Part shown: piece by piece, positions 36,772 through 46,070 of the stretch
Position numbering within the stretch: the first letter of the stretch is position 1
Layout: every line of letters begins with the position of its first letter
NCBI GenBank assembly: GCA_046590445.1
Contig: JBKJUF010000048.1
Span: 1-63,185 of the forward strand
From: Kofleriaceae bacterium
GTDB taxonomy: Bacteria; Myxococcota_A; Polyangia; Haliangiales; Haliangiaceae
Direction of reading: 5' to 3'
Length of the DNA stretch: 63,185 bases
Program-made: the position numbers and the translations under genes
The notes under the pieces: model-generated
Seen by the model: only the letters and a program-made list of their open reading frames with translations
What the model was told of the DNA's origin: nothing
Database searches by the model: none

Positions 36772-38580
36772 ATGTCTTCGGTCCTCCGGCTCGCACTGCT
36801 CGCGACGGTCCTGCTCGCGTGCTCACGCAAACCACCACCACCACCGCCGCCCGCAACCGGCGACGCCGCGATCGCGCAGCCGACGATCACGCCGCCGGCG
36901 CCGCCGCCGAGCGACGCGGCACCCGGCCCGAGCTATCGCGATCCCGCGAAGAGCCACGTCGACCCCGCGATCATCGGGACCGGCAAGACGTTCATGGTCG
37001 TGTCCGAGGGGCCGCTGGCGTCGAAGATCGGCAAGGACGTCCTCGCGAGCGGTGGCAATGCCGTCGATGCGGCGGTCGCCGTGGCCTTCGCGCTCGCCGT
37101 CGAGTGGCCGAGTGCCGGCAACCTCGGGGGCGGCGGGTTCGCCGTCGTGCGCACGGCACCGGGCAAGGCCGTCGCGCTCGACTTCCGCGAGGTCGCACCG
37201 GGTGCCGCGACCGAGACGATGTTCCTCGACGACAAGGGCAACCCGACCGACGCCTCGCTCACCGGCCACCTCGCCTCGGGCGTCCCCGGCTCGGTCGCGG
37301 GACTCCACGCGCTCCACGTCAAGCTCGGCAAGCAGAAGTGGGGCGACCTGATCGCGCCGGCGATCGCGCTCGCCCGCGACGGCTTCGCGATCGACGAGCG
37401 GACGGTCAGTGGCCTCGCGCAGCTCCACACCTCGAAGCGCATGCTGCTGTCGCCCGCGAGCGCGGCGCTCTGGTACCGCGACGGCAAGCCGCTGCCCGCC
37501 GGTACGCTCGTCAAGATTCCCGAGCTCGCCGCCACGCTCGAGCGGATCGCCGCGAACGGTCCCGATGGCTTCTACAAGGGGCCCACGGCGGAGGCGATCG
37601 CGGCCGAGATGAAGCGCGGTGGCGGCCTCATCACGACCGCCGATCTTGCCGCCTACAAGCCGGTGTGGCGCGAACCGCTGCGCGTCGGCTATCGCGGCCA
37701 CACGATCACCGCGATGCCGCCCCCGTCGTCGGGAGGCATCGTGCTCGCGATGACCGCCGGCATGCTGCGCGACGTCGACCTCGCGAAGCTCGGCTGGCAC
37801 TCGCACGCGCACGTGCACCAGCTCGCCGAGGTCTGGAAGCGCGCGTTCGCCGCCCGCAACCAGCTGCTCGGCGATCCGAAGTTCGTCAAGGACATGCCGG
37901 TCGCCAAGCTGCTGTCCCCGGCGCTCCACGCCTCGCTCGCGAAGTCGATCACCGACAAGGCGACGCCCGCGAAGGAAGCCAGCGCGCTGCTCGAGGGCAC
38001 CCACACCACGAACTTCTGCGTGGTCGATGGAAACGGCATGGCGGTCGCGATCACGACCACGCTCAACACCTCGTATGGCAGCGGCGTCACCGTCGCGGGC
38101 TTCCTGCTCAACAACGAGATGGATGACTTCACCGCGAAGCCTGGCGCGCCGAACGTGTTCGGCCTCGTCCAGGGCACCACGAACAAGATCGAGCCCGGCA
38201 AGCGCATGCTGTCGTCGATGTCGCCGTCGATCGTCGAGGGTCCGAAGGGCGAGCTCGTGATGCTCGCCGGTGCCGCCGGCGGGCCGCGGATCATCACCGC
38301 GGTCTGGCAGACCATCTCGAACGTCCTCGATTTCGGTCAACCCGCGAGCGAGGCCGTCGCGAATCGCCGCGTCCATCACCAGAACCTGCCGGACCTCGTG
38401 CGCATCGAAGCCGGTTCGATCGACGAGGCCACCGAGCCGGCACTGAAGGCGGCGGGCCACACCGTCGACTGGACGTGGGTGAACCGGGAGTTCGGCACGG
38501 CGAACGCGATCGTGCGCAGCAAGGCCGGCTGGGATGGCGCGGCGGATCCACGCGGCGGCGGCGCGGCGCTCGGTGACTGA
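36772..38580 (+). CDS. ggt: gamma-glutamyltransferase
   Basis: ATG 36772 gives a signal peptide with lipobox LLACS. GGT blocks are GGNAVDAAVA, GGGGFAVV and the autoprocessing Thr in THTTNFCVVD, followed by MDDF and MSPSIV. Only the last 602 aa of the 1573-aa track ORF are real. Confidence 0.9.
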   Translation: MSSVLRLALLATVLLACSRKPPPPPPPATGDAAIAQPTITPPAPPPSDAAPGPSYRDPAKSHVDPAIIGTGKTFMVVSEGPLASKIGKDVLASGGNAVDAAVAVAFALAVEWPSAGNLGGGGFAVVRTAPGKAVALDFREVAPGAATETMFLDDKGNPTDASLTGHLASGVPGSVAGLHALHVKLGKQKWGDLIAPAIALARDGFAIDERTVSGLAQLHTSKRMLLSPASAALWYRDGKPLPAGTLVKIPELAATLERIAANGPDGFYKGPTAEAIAAEMKRGGGLITTADLAAYKPVWREPLRVGYRGHTITAMPPPSSGGIVLAMTAGMLRDVDLAKLGWHSHAHVHQLAEVWKRAFAARNQLLGDPKFVKDMPVAKLLSPALHASLAKSITDKATPAKEASALLEGTHTTNFCVVDGNGMAVAITTTLNTSYGSGVTVAGFLLNNEMDDFTAKPGAPNVFGLVQGTTNKIEPGKRMLSSMSPSIVEGPKGELVMLAGAAGGPRIITAVWQTISNVLDFGQPASEAVANRRVHHQNLPDLVRIEAGSIDEATEPALKAAGHTVDWTWVNREFGTANAIVRSKAGWDGAADPRGGGAALGD

Positions 38581-38621
38581 CTGACGGAGCCTCGGCGCGG
38601 AGATGCGTTAGGCTCGCCGTC

Positions 38622-39533
38622 ATGAGCAACCGTCGCGAGAAGTCCGACAGCGGCATGCTCGTGTATCCGAAGCTGCCCATCCCGAAGCCCGGTCGCGAGA
38701 GCGAGCCGAAGTTTCCGAAGCAAGGTCGCGGTGGTGGAGGTGGTAGCACGCTGCTGTTCGCGGTCGTCGCGTTGCTCGCCGGCGCCGTCGCGGGGTTCTT
38801 CGGCGGCCCGCGCCTGATGCCCGATCCGCGCCTCGGCGAGGCCGAGACCCGCGTCGCCGCCGCCGATGTGGAGCTCAAGCGCTTCAAGGACACCGCCACC
38901 AAGCTCGAGCAGGACATCACGCAGCTGACCGCCGACAAGCAGGCGATCGAGACCCGGCTCGCCGACGCCGAGAAGATCAAGGAGACGCTCGCGAGCAAGT
39001 CCGCCGATGCCCAGAAGAAGGCGAAGGAAGCCGAGGCCGTCGAGAAGAAGCTCAAGGCCGCGCTCGACCGGAACGGCACGATCACCACCGAGGGCGATCA
39101 GATCCGCATCGCGATCACCGACAAGGTCCTGTTCAAGCCGAACGACGACGCGCTCACTGCCACCGGCACCAAGGTCCTCGACAAGCTCGCCGGCGCGCTC
39201 AAGGATCTCGCGAACAAGCAGATCGTCGTCGAGGGCCACACCGACGATCAGCCGCCACCGCAGCCGGCCGCGCCCAAGCCCGCCCCGCCGCCGAAGAAGG
39301 GCGCGAAGCCGGTCGCCGCCGCCGTCGTCGTCCCCGTCGTGACCTTCGCGACCAACTGGGAGCTCGCCTCCGCCCGCGCGCTCGCCGTCGTCCACTACTT
39401 CCAGGACTCGCACAAGATCGATCCGACCCGGCTCGCCGCACTCGCGCTCGGCCAGTACCGCCCGGTCTCGAAGACCAACAAGGCCGCGAACCGCCGCATC
39501 GAGATCGTGCTGTCGCCGAAGCCGAAGAAGTAG
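38622..39533 (+). CDS. OmpA/MotB-like peptidoglycan-associated protein with coiled-coil region
   Basis: An N-terminal TM helix is followed by a Lys/Glu/Ala coiled coil. The OmpA_C-like blocks are FKPNDDALT, VVEGHTDD and NWELASARALAVV...NRRIEIVL. A Pro-rich insert interrupts the domain. Confidence 0.8.
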   Translation: MSNRREKSDSGMLVYPKLPIPKPGRESEPKFPKQGRGGGGGSTLLFAVVALLAGAVAGFFGGPRLMPDPRLGEAETRVAAADVELKRFKDTATKLEQDITQLTADKQAIETRLADAEKIKETLASKSADAQKKAKEAEAVEKKLKAALDRNGTITTEGDQIRIAITDKVLFKPNDDALTATGTKVLDKLAGALKDLANKQIVVEGHTDDQPPPQPAAPKPAPPPKKGAKPVAAAVVVPVVTFATNWELASARALAVVHYFQDSHKIDPTRLAALALGQYRPVSKTNKAANRRIEIVLSPKPKK

Positions 39534-39785
39534 CGGGCGAGAGCTCGAAGGTCGAAGAAATGGTCGACACGTTCGTCATCAAGTTCGAGCCCGCCCGGCG
39601 CCAGGAGCAAGATCCCGCTCCGCACCCTCGAGTGCGCAGACGCCGAGCACGCTCCGGTCGGCATGGTTGCCTGCACGATCGCGGGGCGCGGCGGGACCAC
39701 TTCGAGCGAGTTGCTGCTCGTGCGATGGCAGGCGGATGGCGGACGGCGCCGCTCATGTGGTGCGTCGCCGTTCGAGTTCCGATCA

Positions 39786-40133
39786 TTACGCGTCGTCATC
39801 TTCGACATGTCGAGGCGCATCCATCCGTTCGTGGAGCACGCGCACGACTTCGATCCATCCGGGCCGAACGACTCGGTAGTACACGACGTGCACGGGTGCC
39901 TTGACGTTCCTGACACCAAGCGCGTGACGGACGCGAAGGCTTCGGATCCCGGCACGAAGCTCGGCTCTAGGACGCGAAGATCGCAGCTCTGGTTCGGCAG
40001 CCGCCATTCGGATCGCCTTCGTGAGCAACGCTCGATAGCGCGTCATAGCGGCGGTGCCCCAGCGTTCCAGGCTTGTCTCGAGGATGCGCGTGAGATCGAC
40101 TTTCGCCTGCGCGGAGATGCGGTAGCGCGCCAT
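39786..40133 (-). CDS. parE: type II toxin ParE/RelE-superfamily toxin
   Basis: The 115-aa protein has ParE-like features (MARYRISAQAKVDLTRILE...HVVYYRV....IEVVRVLHERMD). It lies 12 nt downstream of the parD-like gene, and its GC content is lower than that of its neighbours. Confidence 0.8.
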   Translation of the reverse strand: MARYRISAQAKVDLTRILETSLERWGTAAMTRYRALLTKAIRMAAAEPELRSSRPRAELRAGIRSLRVRHALGVRNVKAPVHVVYYRVVRPGWIEVVRVLHERMDAPRHVEDDDA

Positions 40134-40145
40134 CAGAAGGCTCGA

Positions 40146-40430
40146 TCAGCGCGGGCCCTTGTTGCGTCGAGCTGGTGTCAGCGATCTCATGAACCCATCG
40201 AGCTCGGAATCTTCGACCTCGTCGTAGTCACCTCGGTCGAGCGCGGCGACGCCCTTGTCGATCATCGCGCGAAGAGCTTTCAATCGCAGCGCGTCCTCGC
40301 TCCGTCTTTTTTGGAGCGCGCGCAGTGCATCGCGGATCGCCTCACTCGCGTTTTGATACTCCCCCGACTCGACGATCTTCTCAACGAACTCGTCCTGCTG
40401 CTGGGTCAAGCTGATGTTGCGAGTCGGCAT
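40146..40430 (-). CDS. parD: type II antitoxin ParD (ribbon-helix-helix, CC2985-type)
   Basis: MPTRNISLTQQQDEFVEKIVESGEYQNASEAIRDALRALQ matches the ParD antidote family pattern. It sits upstream of parE. Confidence 0.8.
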   Translation of the reverse strand: MPTRNISLTQQQDEFVEKIVESGEYQNASEAIRDALRALQKRRSEDALRLKALRAMIDKGVAALDRGDYDEVEDSELDGFMRSLTPARRNKGPR

Positions 40431-41076
40431 CTTGCGTCCAGCGTATCATCGATGGCAAAGTTTGCCATCAGGCTGTGTCCCGCGATCACCGACGACAAGG
40501 AGGGCGAACCGGAACGAGGCCGCGCAGACCGATCTCGTGCGTCTTGCAGCCGGTACGACGAGGGCAGCGCGTCGCACGTGGAGATGTCATCGGCGAGGTC
40601 GGCATGTTTTGGGGATCGGGCGTCGTCGTCCACGTGCACTGGCGCCGCTGTCGACCCGGCTGCGCCAAAGCACTCGATCCGATTCCGCGTACCGCCGGCT
40701 GCTTCAAGCGCGGCACCCGCTATCCGCAAGCCAAGCTGGTCTTGACATACCTGCTGCGTTGCTGACGTGGACTCGACGCGCCGCACGGCGCCTTCTTCTC
40801 GGAGACCAGCATCAACAAGAACCCAACAACCCAAAATTGAAAAAGGCGGCGCCGACGTCGAGGCAAGCGCGGTCAGCCGTGTGCGGCAGGCGCGGGCACG
40901 ATAACGACGATCACGCGGGCGCCTGTCCACATGGGTGACGGCGCCGCCCCGAGATCTCCACCGACGGGCGATCGCGATATCGGCGAAATCAACACGTCAG
41001 CTCGGCGAGGGCTGGCAGCTCGCTGGGCGCACGGGCTTGGTGTCGGTGACAACCGAGGCCCCAACGCGGCCCGGGC

Positions 41077-41853
41077 TCAGCGCCCGAGCTTCTCGACGAA
41101 GCTCACGAGATCGGAGTCGGCGGCCTGGTAGAGGGCATCGACGGTGGAGCTGGGGACGGTGGCGTCACGCGAGAACACGAGGACCGGAATCTGCTCGAGC
41201 TCCTGCTCGGCGCGTAGCTCGCGGGCAATCTCGGTGACGCCGTCGGAGCGGAGGTCGAGCAGGACGGCGCGCGGACGGAGGGCGCGGGCGAGGCGCGAGA
41301 GCTGGGCGAGCGCCCGTGTCATCGACACGACGGTGTAGCCGCGTGCGGACAGCATGAGATCGAGCTGCTGGAGGCGCGCGCGCTCGTGCTCGACGATCAG
41401 GACGACGCCGCGATCCTTGTTCGGAGCCGCGGCCGCGGGAATGCTGTCGAAGGGCAGGGGCTGGCTGATGCTCTTGTGGGCGTCGCGGGAGCGGTAGACG
41501 GCGAGCGCGACCTTGTTGAGGAGCTCATCGACGTTGAACGGTTTCTCGACGACCTCGCTGGCGCCGAGGGTGGCGAGGTTGACCTCGAGGCCGTGCACGG
41601 CGGTCATCAGGAGAACCGGGAGCTGCGCGTAGGCGGCGTCGCCGCGCAGGGCCTGGAGGAACTCGCGACCGTTCATGCCCGGCATCATCAGATCGAGGAG
41701 GATCGCGTCGGGGCGCGCCGCGTGGACGGCCTCGAGGGCGCTCTCGCCGTCGATGGCGAGATCGACCACGTAGCCCTCCTCCGAGAGGACCTGACCCAGG
41801 GTCTCCCGGACCATGGGCTCGTCGTCCACCACCAGCACACGCCCGTCCTTCAT
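41077..41853 (-). CDS. response regulator with two receiver domains (second degenerate), no output domain
   Basis: REC1 is canonical (VLVVDDEP, ILLDLMMPGMNG, LMTA, EKPF). REC2 has IVEHE in place of the acidic pair and lacks a clear conserved Lys. Confidence 0.8.
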   Translation of the reverse strand: MKDGRVLVVDDEPMVRETLGQVLSEEGYVVDLAIDGESALEAVHAARPDAILLDLMMPGMNGREFLQALRGDAAYAQLPVLLMTAVHGLEVNLATLGASEVVEKPFNVDELLNKVALAVYRSRDAHKSISQPLPFDSIPAAAAPNKDRGVVLIVEHERARLQQLDLMLSARGYTVVSMTRALAQLSRLARALRPRAVLLDLRSDGVTEIARELRAEQELEQIPVLVFSRDATVPSSTVDALYQAADSDLVSFVEKLGR

Positions 41854-41908
41854 TGCCGCTCCTCAGCGTACCACCCGTTCGCGCATGGGGTGTAAAGTCG
41901 GTGATCAG

Positions 41909-42379
41909 ATGTCGACATCGTCGACGGTGCCACCGCTGGCACGAGTTTATGAGGCGCTGCGCCCGAAGATCTTGCATCGGTTGCTAGAGCTGCGATCGAC
42001 GCTCGATCCATCGCTCGGTCGACTCGACGAGATGACCGCGCAGAGCCAGATCGGCGCGGTGCTCGAGCACCTCGGGAATTTCATCGCGACCGGTGACCTC
42101 GGGCTGCATCGCGCGTTTCTGCACACGTTCATGGCGATGCGGGCGGCGGAGGCGCAGTCGTCCGCGAACGTCCTCGCGATGCTGGTCGCGATCGGTGATA
42201 CGGCGGCGCAGGTGGCGCAGGAGGAAGGCGCCGGCACGACCGAGGGTGCCGAGCTGACGCTGCTGCTGACACGGGTGACCGCGACGACGGCCCGTGCGAT
42301 CAACGATCTGATCGCGGACGAGCTCGCGCGCCGGCAACGATCGTGGGGCGAGCTGGCCGAGCAGGGCAAGCGGTCGTGA
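41909..42379 (+). CDS. hypothetical helical protein, first gene of the PP2C operon
   Basis: ATG 41909. The composition looks all-alpha. Its stop overlaps a GTG (GTGA) in the frame of the following PP2C gene. Confidence 0.55.
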   Translation: MSTSSTVPPLARVYEALRPKILHRLLELRSTLDPSLGRLDEMTAQSQIGAVLEHLGNFIATGDLGLHRAFLHTFMAMRAAEAQSSANVLAMLVAIGDTAAQVAQEEGAGTTEGAELTLLLTRVTATTARAINDLIADELARRQRSWGELAEQGKRS

Positions 42380-42387
42380 GCACCGCA

Positions 42388-44229
42388 ATGCCACCGCCCG
42401 GCATGCGGATCGCCGGCGATACCAACGTCGGCAAGGTTCGCACGACGAACGAGGATTCGATGATCCTCGAGCCCGCGCGCGGACTCTACGTCGTCCTCGA
42501 TGGCATGGGCGGCGCGAATGCCGGTGACATCGCATCGCAGATGGCGCGCGACACGATCCGCGACTACGTGATCCAGCGGCGCCTGACGATGGCGCCCAAG
42601 GCGTTGCTCGAGTCGGCGATCCTTGCAGCCTCGCAGGCGGTGTACCAGTCCGCGCAGGTGCATCGCGAGCGGCACGGCATGGGGACCACGGTGGTCGCCG
42701 CGCTCGTCGTCGACGCGAAGCACGTGATCATCGCGCACGTCGGCGACAGCCGCGCATATCTGTTACGTGGCGGTCGTCTGCAGAGCCTGACGCGTGACCA
42801 CACGATCGTCGAGGAGCTGGTCGATCGCGGCCTGCTGTCGGCGGACGAAGCCGAGCGCCATCCGTACAAGAACGTGCTGTCGCGCAACCTCGGCGCGCGG
42901 CCGGACACCAAGGTCGATGTGCTCGAGCTCGAGCTCAAGCCCGGCGATCGGCTCCTGCTGTGCTCCGACGGGCTCTACGGCTACGCGGCGGCCGAGGGCA
43001 TCCAGTATCTGCTCGGGTCCGGCGACGAGCCGCAGCACGTGGCGCGTGATCTGATCGACCTCGCGCTGCGCGGTGGCGGTGGCGACAACGTGACGACGAT
43101 CGTGATCGAAGCACCGCCGGCGGTGCAGACGTCGACGCAGGTCGTCCGCACCAGCGGCGCGATGGCGTGGTGGCAGAAGCGACAGAAGTTCCTGATCGTC
43201 GCGAAAGATCGCGGGCTCCCAAGGAACCCGATCGTGCGCGGGCTCGACCCGAAGGAGGCGCTCGATCTCGTCGCGCTCAGCCTGTGCCAGGCGGTGTTCC
43301 ACGATCTCGAGAAGTCGACGGGCGTGAACGTGTGGACGTTCGCGCAGAACCTCGCCGGCGGCTGGTTCGACCGCGGCGGCGAGTGGGCCGCGGTGCGCGG
43401 CATGATGGACATCCTCGGGACCAGTGCGCGTGCGGTCGTCGACGACATCCGCGGTGACGATGCGCAGCTCGGGTTCCTGCTCGACGTCGCGGTGAGCCGC
43501 GCGCTCGTGGTCGCGGAGCTCGCGCTCGGTGGTCTGCTCGCCGAGAAGTTGCGCCAGGTCGATGCCGAGCTGATCGAGCTCCATACCGCGCAGCAGGTCG
43601 ATCCGAACCAGGCGGTCGATACGATGCCCGACGAGGACACCGGTGGGTTCGTCGAGCGAGCGACGATTCCGTTCCTGCGGCCGGATCGCCCGGTAACGAG
43701 CTCGGGTGTGTCGTCGGAGGTGATCGACTCGATCGCGAAGACGATCACGATCGCGCGGGCGCGGACCGCACCGCGTGCCGAGCTCGTGAAGCAGGTGCTC
43801 GCGGCGCTCGAGAATATCGCGACCGAGGGCAGCACCAACTTCTCGACCGCCGTGATGTCCGCGCGCGAGCTCTACGGCGTGCGGACGATCGACGATCAGG
43901 GGATCACGCCGCTGTTCGACGCCCTCGATCAGGCGCGCATCATCGCGGCGGCGAGCGTGCATCAGATCCAGTCGACCGAGAGCAACCGCGCGAAGGTGCT
44001 GAGCGCGCTCAGCGTCGCGCACCAGCGGCTCGTCGGCGCGATGACCGGGATCGTGCTCGAGGCGGTCGCGCCGTACAGCGAGCGGCTCGTCCAGGTTCAG
44101 GCCGTCACGACCGGGCTGCGCGATCAGGTCGCCGAGGCCGAGAAGCGGCGCGCCGAGCTCGAGCGGCGGTTCGCCGGCAACATCGACGCCAGCCTGCCGT
44201 GGGGTTCCCGCGGCACCACGGAATGGTGA
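42388..44229 (+). CDS. PP2C-family Ser/Thr protein phosphatase with about 360-aa C-terminal extension
   Basis: PP2C motifs are intact: RTTNEDS, VLDGMGG, GTTVVAA, HVGDSRAYL, LCSDGL and GGGDNVTTIVIE. The start is ATG 42388 or the coupled GTG 42376. The C-terminal two-thirds have no recognisable family. Confidence 0.85.
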   Translation: MPPPGMRIAGDTNVGKVRTTNEDSMILEPARGLYVVLDGMGGANAGDIASQMARDTIRDYVIQRRLTMAPKALLESAILAASQAVYQSAQVHRERHGMGTTVVAALVVDAKHVIIAHVGDSRAYLLRGGRLQSLTRDHTIVEELVDRGLLSADEAERHPYKNVLSRNLGARPDTKVDVLELELKPGDRLLLCSDGLYGYAAAEGIQYLLGSGDEPQHVARDLIDLALRGGGGDNVTTIVIEAPPAVQTSTQVVRTSGAMAWWQKRQKFLIVAKDRGLPRNPIVRGLDPKEALDLVALSLCQAVFHDLEKSTGVNVWTFAQNLAGGWFDRGGEWAAVRGMMDILGTSARAVVDDIRGDDAQLGFLLDVAVSRALVVAELALGGLLAEKLRQVDAELIELHTAQQVDPNQAVDTMPDEDTGGFVERATIPFLRPDRPVTSSGVSSEVIDSIAKTITIARARTAPRAELVKQVLAALENIATEGSTNFSTAVMSARELYGVRTIDDQGITPLFDALDQARIIAAASVHQIQSTESNRAKVLSALSVAHQRLVGAMTGIVLEAVAPYSERLVQVQAVTTGLRDQVAEAEKRRAELERRFAGNIDASLPWGSRGTTEW

Positions 44230-44234
44230 ACATC

Positions 44235-44723
44235 ATGAATGTCGACATCACCGAAGCGGTCGCAGTCCTCCGGGACGAGGTGCTCGATACCGTCGAGCAC
44301 GGCGACCGCGATCCGCCCGGCTCCGAGGTCTTCGACGGCGTGCTGCGCGCGCTCTCCGTCGGTGGCGAGTCGGTGCCCGGCCTCGACCTCGCGCTGCACG
44401 ACTCGGTGTCGCGCCGGCTCGCGTGGGGCGATAGCGAGGAAGCCGTGCTCGCCGACGCCGAGCGGGTGTTCGACCGGCTGTGCGTCGCGGTCGAGCGCGC
44501 GTTTCGCGACCCGACCGATCAGATGGTCGTGATCGAGGCGACCACGCAGGTCGCGGTCACCGTATCGCGCGTCGTGTCGCTCGCAGCCGTGGCCCGCGCG
44601 TCCCGCGATCGCGCCGCGCGGCTCCGCGAGGAGATGGCGCAGCGGCAGCTCAAGGAAGTGCTCGAGAAGCAGAAGGCGACGATCGATCGCCTCGAGAAGG
44701 ATCTCGCTTCGCAGTTCAGGTGA
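44235..44723 (+). CDS. hypothetical helical protein, third gene of the PP2C operon
   Basis: ATG 44235 (alternative ATG 44223, which overlaps the PP2C stop). It has a coiled-coil-like C-terminus, EEMAQRQLKEVLEKQKATIDRLEKDL. Confidence 0.55.
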   Translation: MNVDITEAVAVLRDEVLDTVEHGDRDPPGSEVFDGVLRALSVGGESVPGLDLALHDSVSRRLAWGDSEEAVLADAERVFDRLCVAVERAFRDPTDQMVVIEATTQVAVTVSRVVSLAAVARASRDRAARLREEMAQRQLKEVLEKQKATIDRLEKDLASQFR

Positions 44724-45402
44724 CCGGGAATTCTGCGGTCATCGCGTCGAGCAAGGCCTCGAGGCCAGCGTCACGCGCGACGAAGCGATGCACGAGATCG
44801 CTGTCCCCGCGGCCGGCGCCCCGCACGATCCGGCGCGCGGCGGGCTGCACGTGGCGGACGTTCTCCATGATCGGCGGCAGTCGCTCGTCGTCCTCGTCGA
44901 GCTCGGCGACCACCGCGTCGAGCGTGATGCTGCTGACCGCCTCGCTGACCGAGTCCTGGTCGGAGGCGAACAGCACGTCCCAGCCGCTCGTCACGTAGAG
45001 CGCCATCGCACCACGCTGGCGGTGATCGTCGCCGACCACGAGCACGCGGAGTCGCTTCGTCGGCTTGTCCTTGCCCGAGATCGAGTTGTGCGCGGCGCTG
45101 GCGACCAGGGCGGACCACTCGATCGGCGGCTCGATCACGAGGATGCCGAGAATCCAGCTCGGCGCCATAGCGTCGCGGACGACGTCGCCGATGACCTCGA
45201 TCGCCGAGCCGTTCCAGGAATCGAACAGCGACAGCGAAAGCCTGGTGCCGACCGGGAACCAGCCGATCGTCGTGCTGAGGCTCATACCCGCCTCCGACAC
45301 GTCACGCGTGCGACAGACGACGCCTTCGCCGCCGAGAAGCGGCACGGCCGTGACGGCGAGATCGACGCGGTACCGAGGTGAGCGACGTGACAACGCCCTC
45401 AT
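44716..45402 (-). CDS. PilZ domain protein fused to a receiver-like domain
   Basis: The PilZ c-di-GMP motifs are RRSPR (RxxxR) and DVSEAG (DxSxxG). The C-terminal half has VLVVGDD and a receiver-like alpha/beta pattern. Confidence 0.75.
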   Translation of the reverse strand: MRALSRRSPRYRVDLAVTAVPLLGGEGVVCRTRDVSEAGMSLSTTIGWFPVGTRLSLSLFDSWNGSAIEVIGDVVRDAMAPSWILGILVIEPPIEWSALVASAAHNSISGKDKPTKRLRVLVVGDDHRQRGAMALYVTSGWDVLFASDQDSVSEAVSSITLDAVVAELDEDDERLPPIMENVRHVQPAARRIVRGAGRGDSDLVHRFVARDAGLEALLDAMTAEFPVT

Positions 45403-45497
45403 CTTGCCATGCCCGGGAGTCGACCGGGTGCGCCGCGAGGCGTTCAGAACCGGCGGGGGTGATTGACCCCGATCGTAGCGTGCGCCAACCTACGCGA

Positions 45498-46070
45498 ATG
45501 TCACCACGGTCCTCGCAGCTCGCGATCGTGCTCGCGTTCGGGCTCGTGTCGCGCGTCTCGCTCGCCGAGGAACCATTGCCGCCGTCCGCCGAGCCAGCGC
45601 AGCCGCGTGCCGAGACGCCACCCGCGGTGCCCGGCGCAGGTCCGGCGACGGATGACGATCGTCCCGCAGCGAGGATCACGCCGCCACGGCGCGAGATCGT
45701 CATCGAGGTACCGGGCGAGCGCACGCGATCGAACATGCTGCTGTGCGGTGGGCTCGTGGGGTTCGGTGTGATCGCCGGCCTGCTCGGCGTGTACTGGCAC
45801 CTCGATTCGCGTGACGCCTCGGAGGAGGTCTCGACGGATCGCTTCTCGGGACGCGCGTGGACCCCCGCGCATCAGGATCTCGTCGATCGCGCGGATCGCT
45901 CGAAGACGCTCGCGACTGGCGCGTACATCGCCGGTGGCGCGCTCGTGGTCGGCGCGGCGCTGACCTTCATCTTCACGGCGCCGACGAGCACGACCGAGGT
46001 CATCAGGACAGGCACGACGGTCACGCCCGTGCGCGATGGCGCGATGGTCACCCGGATGTGGAGCTTCTGA
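45498..46070 (+). CDS. hypothetical membrane protein
   Basis: ATG 45498 gives a signal peptide (MSPRSSQLAIVLAFGLVSRVSLA), followed by a Pro-rich region and two hydrophobic helices. Confidence 0.55.
   Translation: MSPRSSQLAIVLAFGLVSRVSLAEEPLPPSAEPAQPRAETPPAVPGAGPATDDDRPAARITPPRREIVIEVPGERTRSNMLLCGGLVGFGVIAGLLGVYWHLDSRDASEEVSTDRFSGRAWTPAHQDLVDRADRSKTLATGAYIAGGALVVGAALTFIFTAPTSTTEVIRTGTTVTPVRDGAMVTRMWSF

Noticed and set aside
33859-38580. 1573-aa ORF on the plus strand
   Set aside because: Only the last 602 aa (from ATG 36772) are gamma-glutamyltransferase. The upstream part is antisense to pepP and the vWA gene and has an Arg/Asp/Glu/Val-biased non-protein-like composition.
39583-39603. tRNA-like 3-prime end (GTTCGAGCCCGCCCGGCGCCA) next to the parDE islet, a possible att-site remnant
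   Set aside because: The upstream bases cannot form the matching T stem. No cloverleaf can be built, and no matching direct repeat was found on the other side of the islet. The resemblance may be chance in GC-rich DNA.
40406-41064. Several 60-175-aa ORFs on both strands in the gap beside parD
   Set aside because: No frame shows recognisable motifs, a signal peptide or coherent codon bias, and the ORFs overlap one another. I treated the region as non-coding or decayed DNA pending a BLASTX check.
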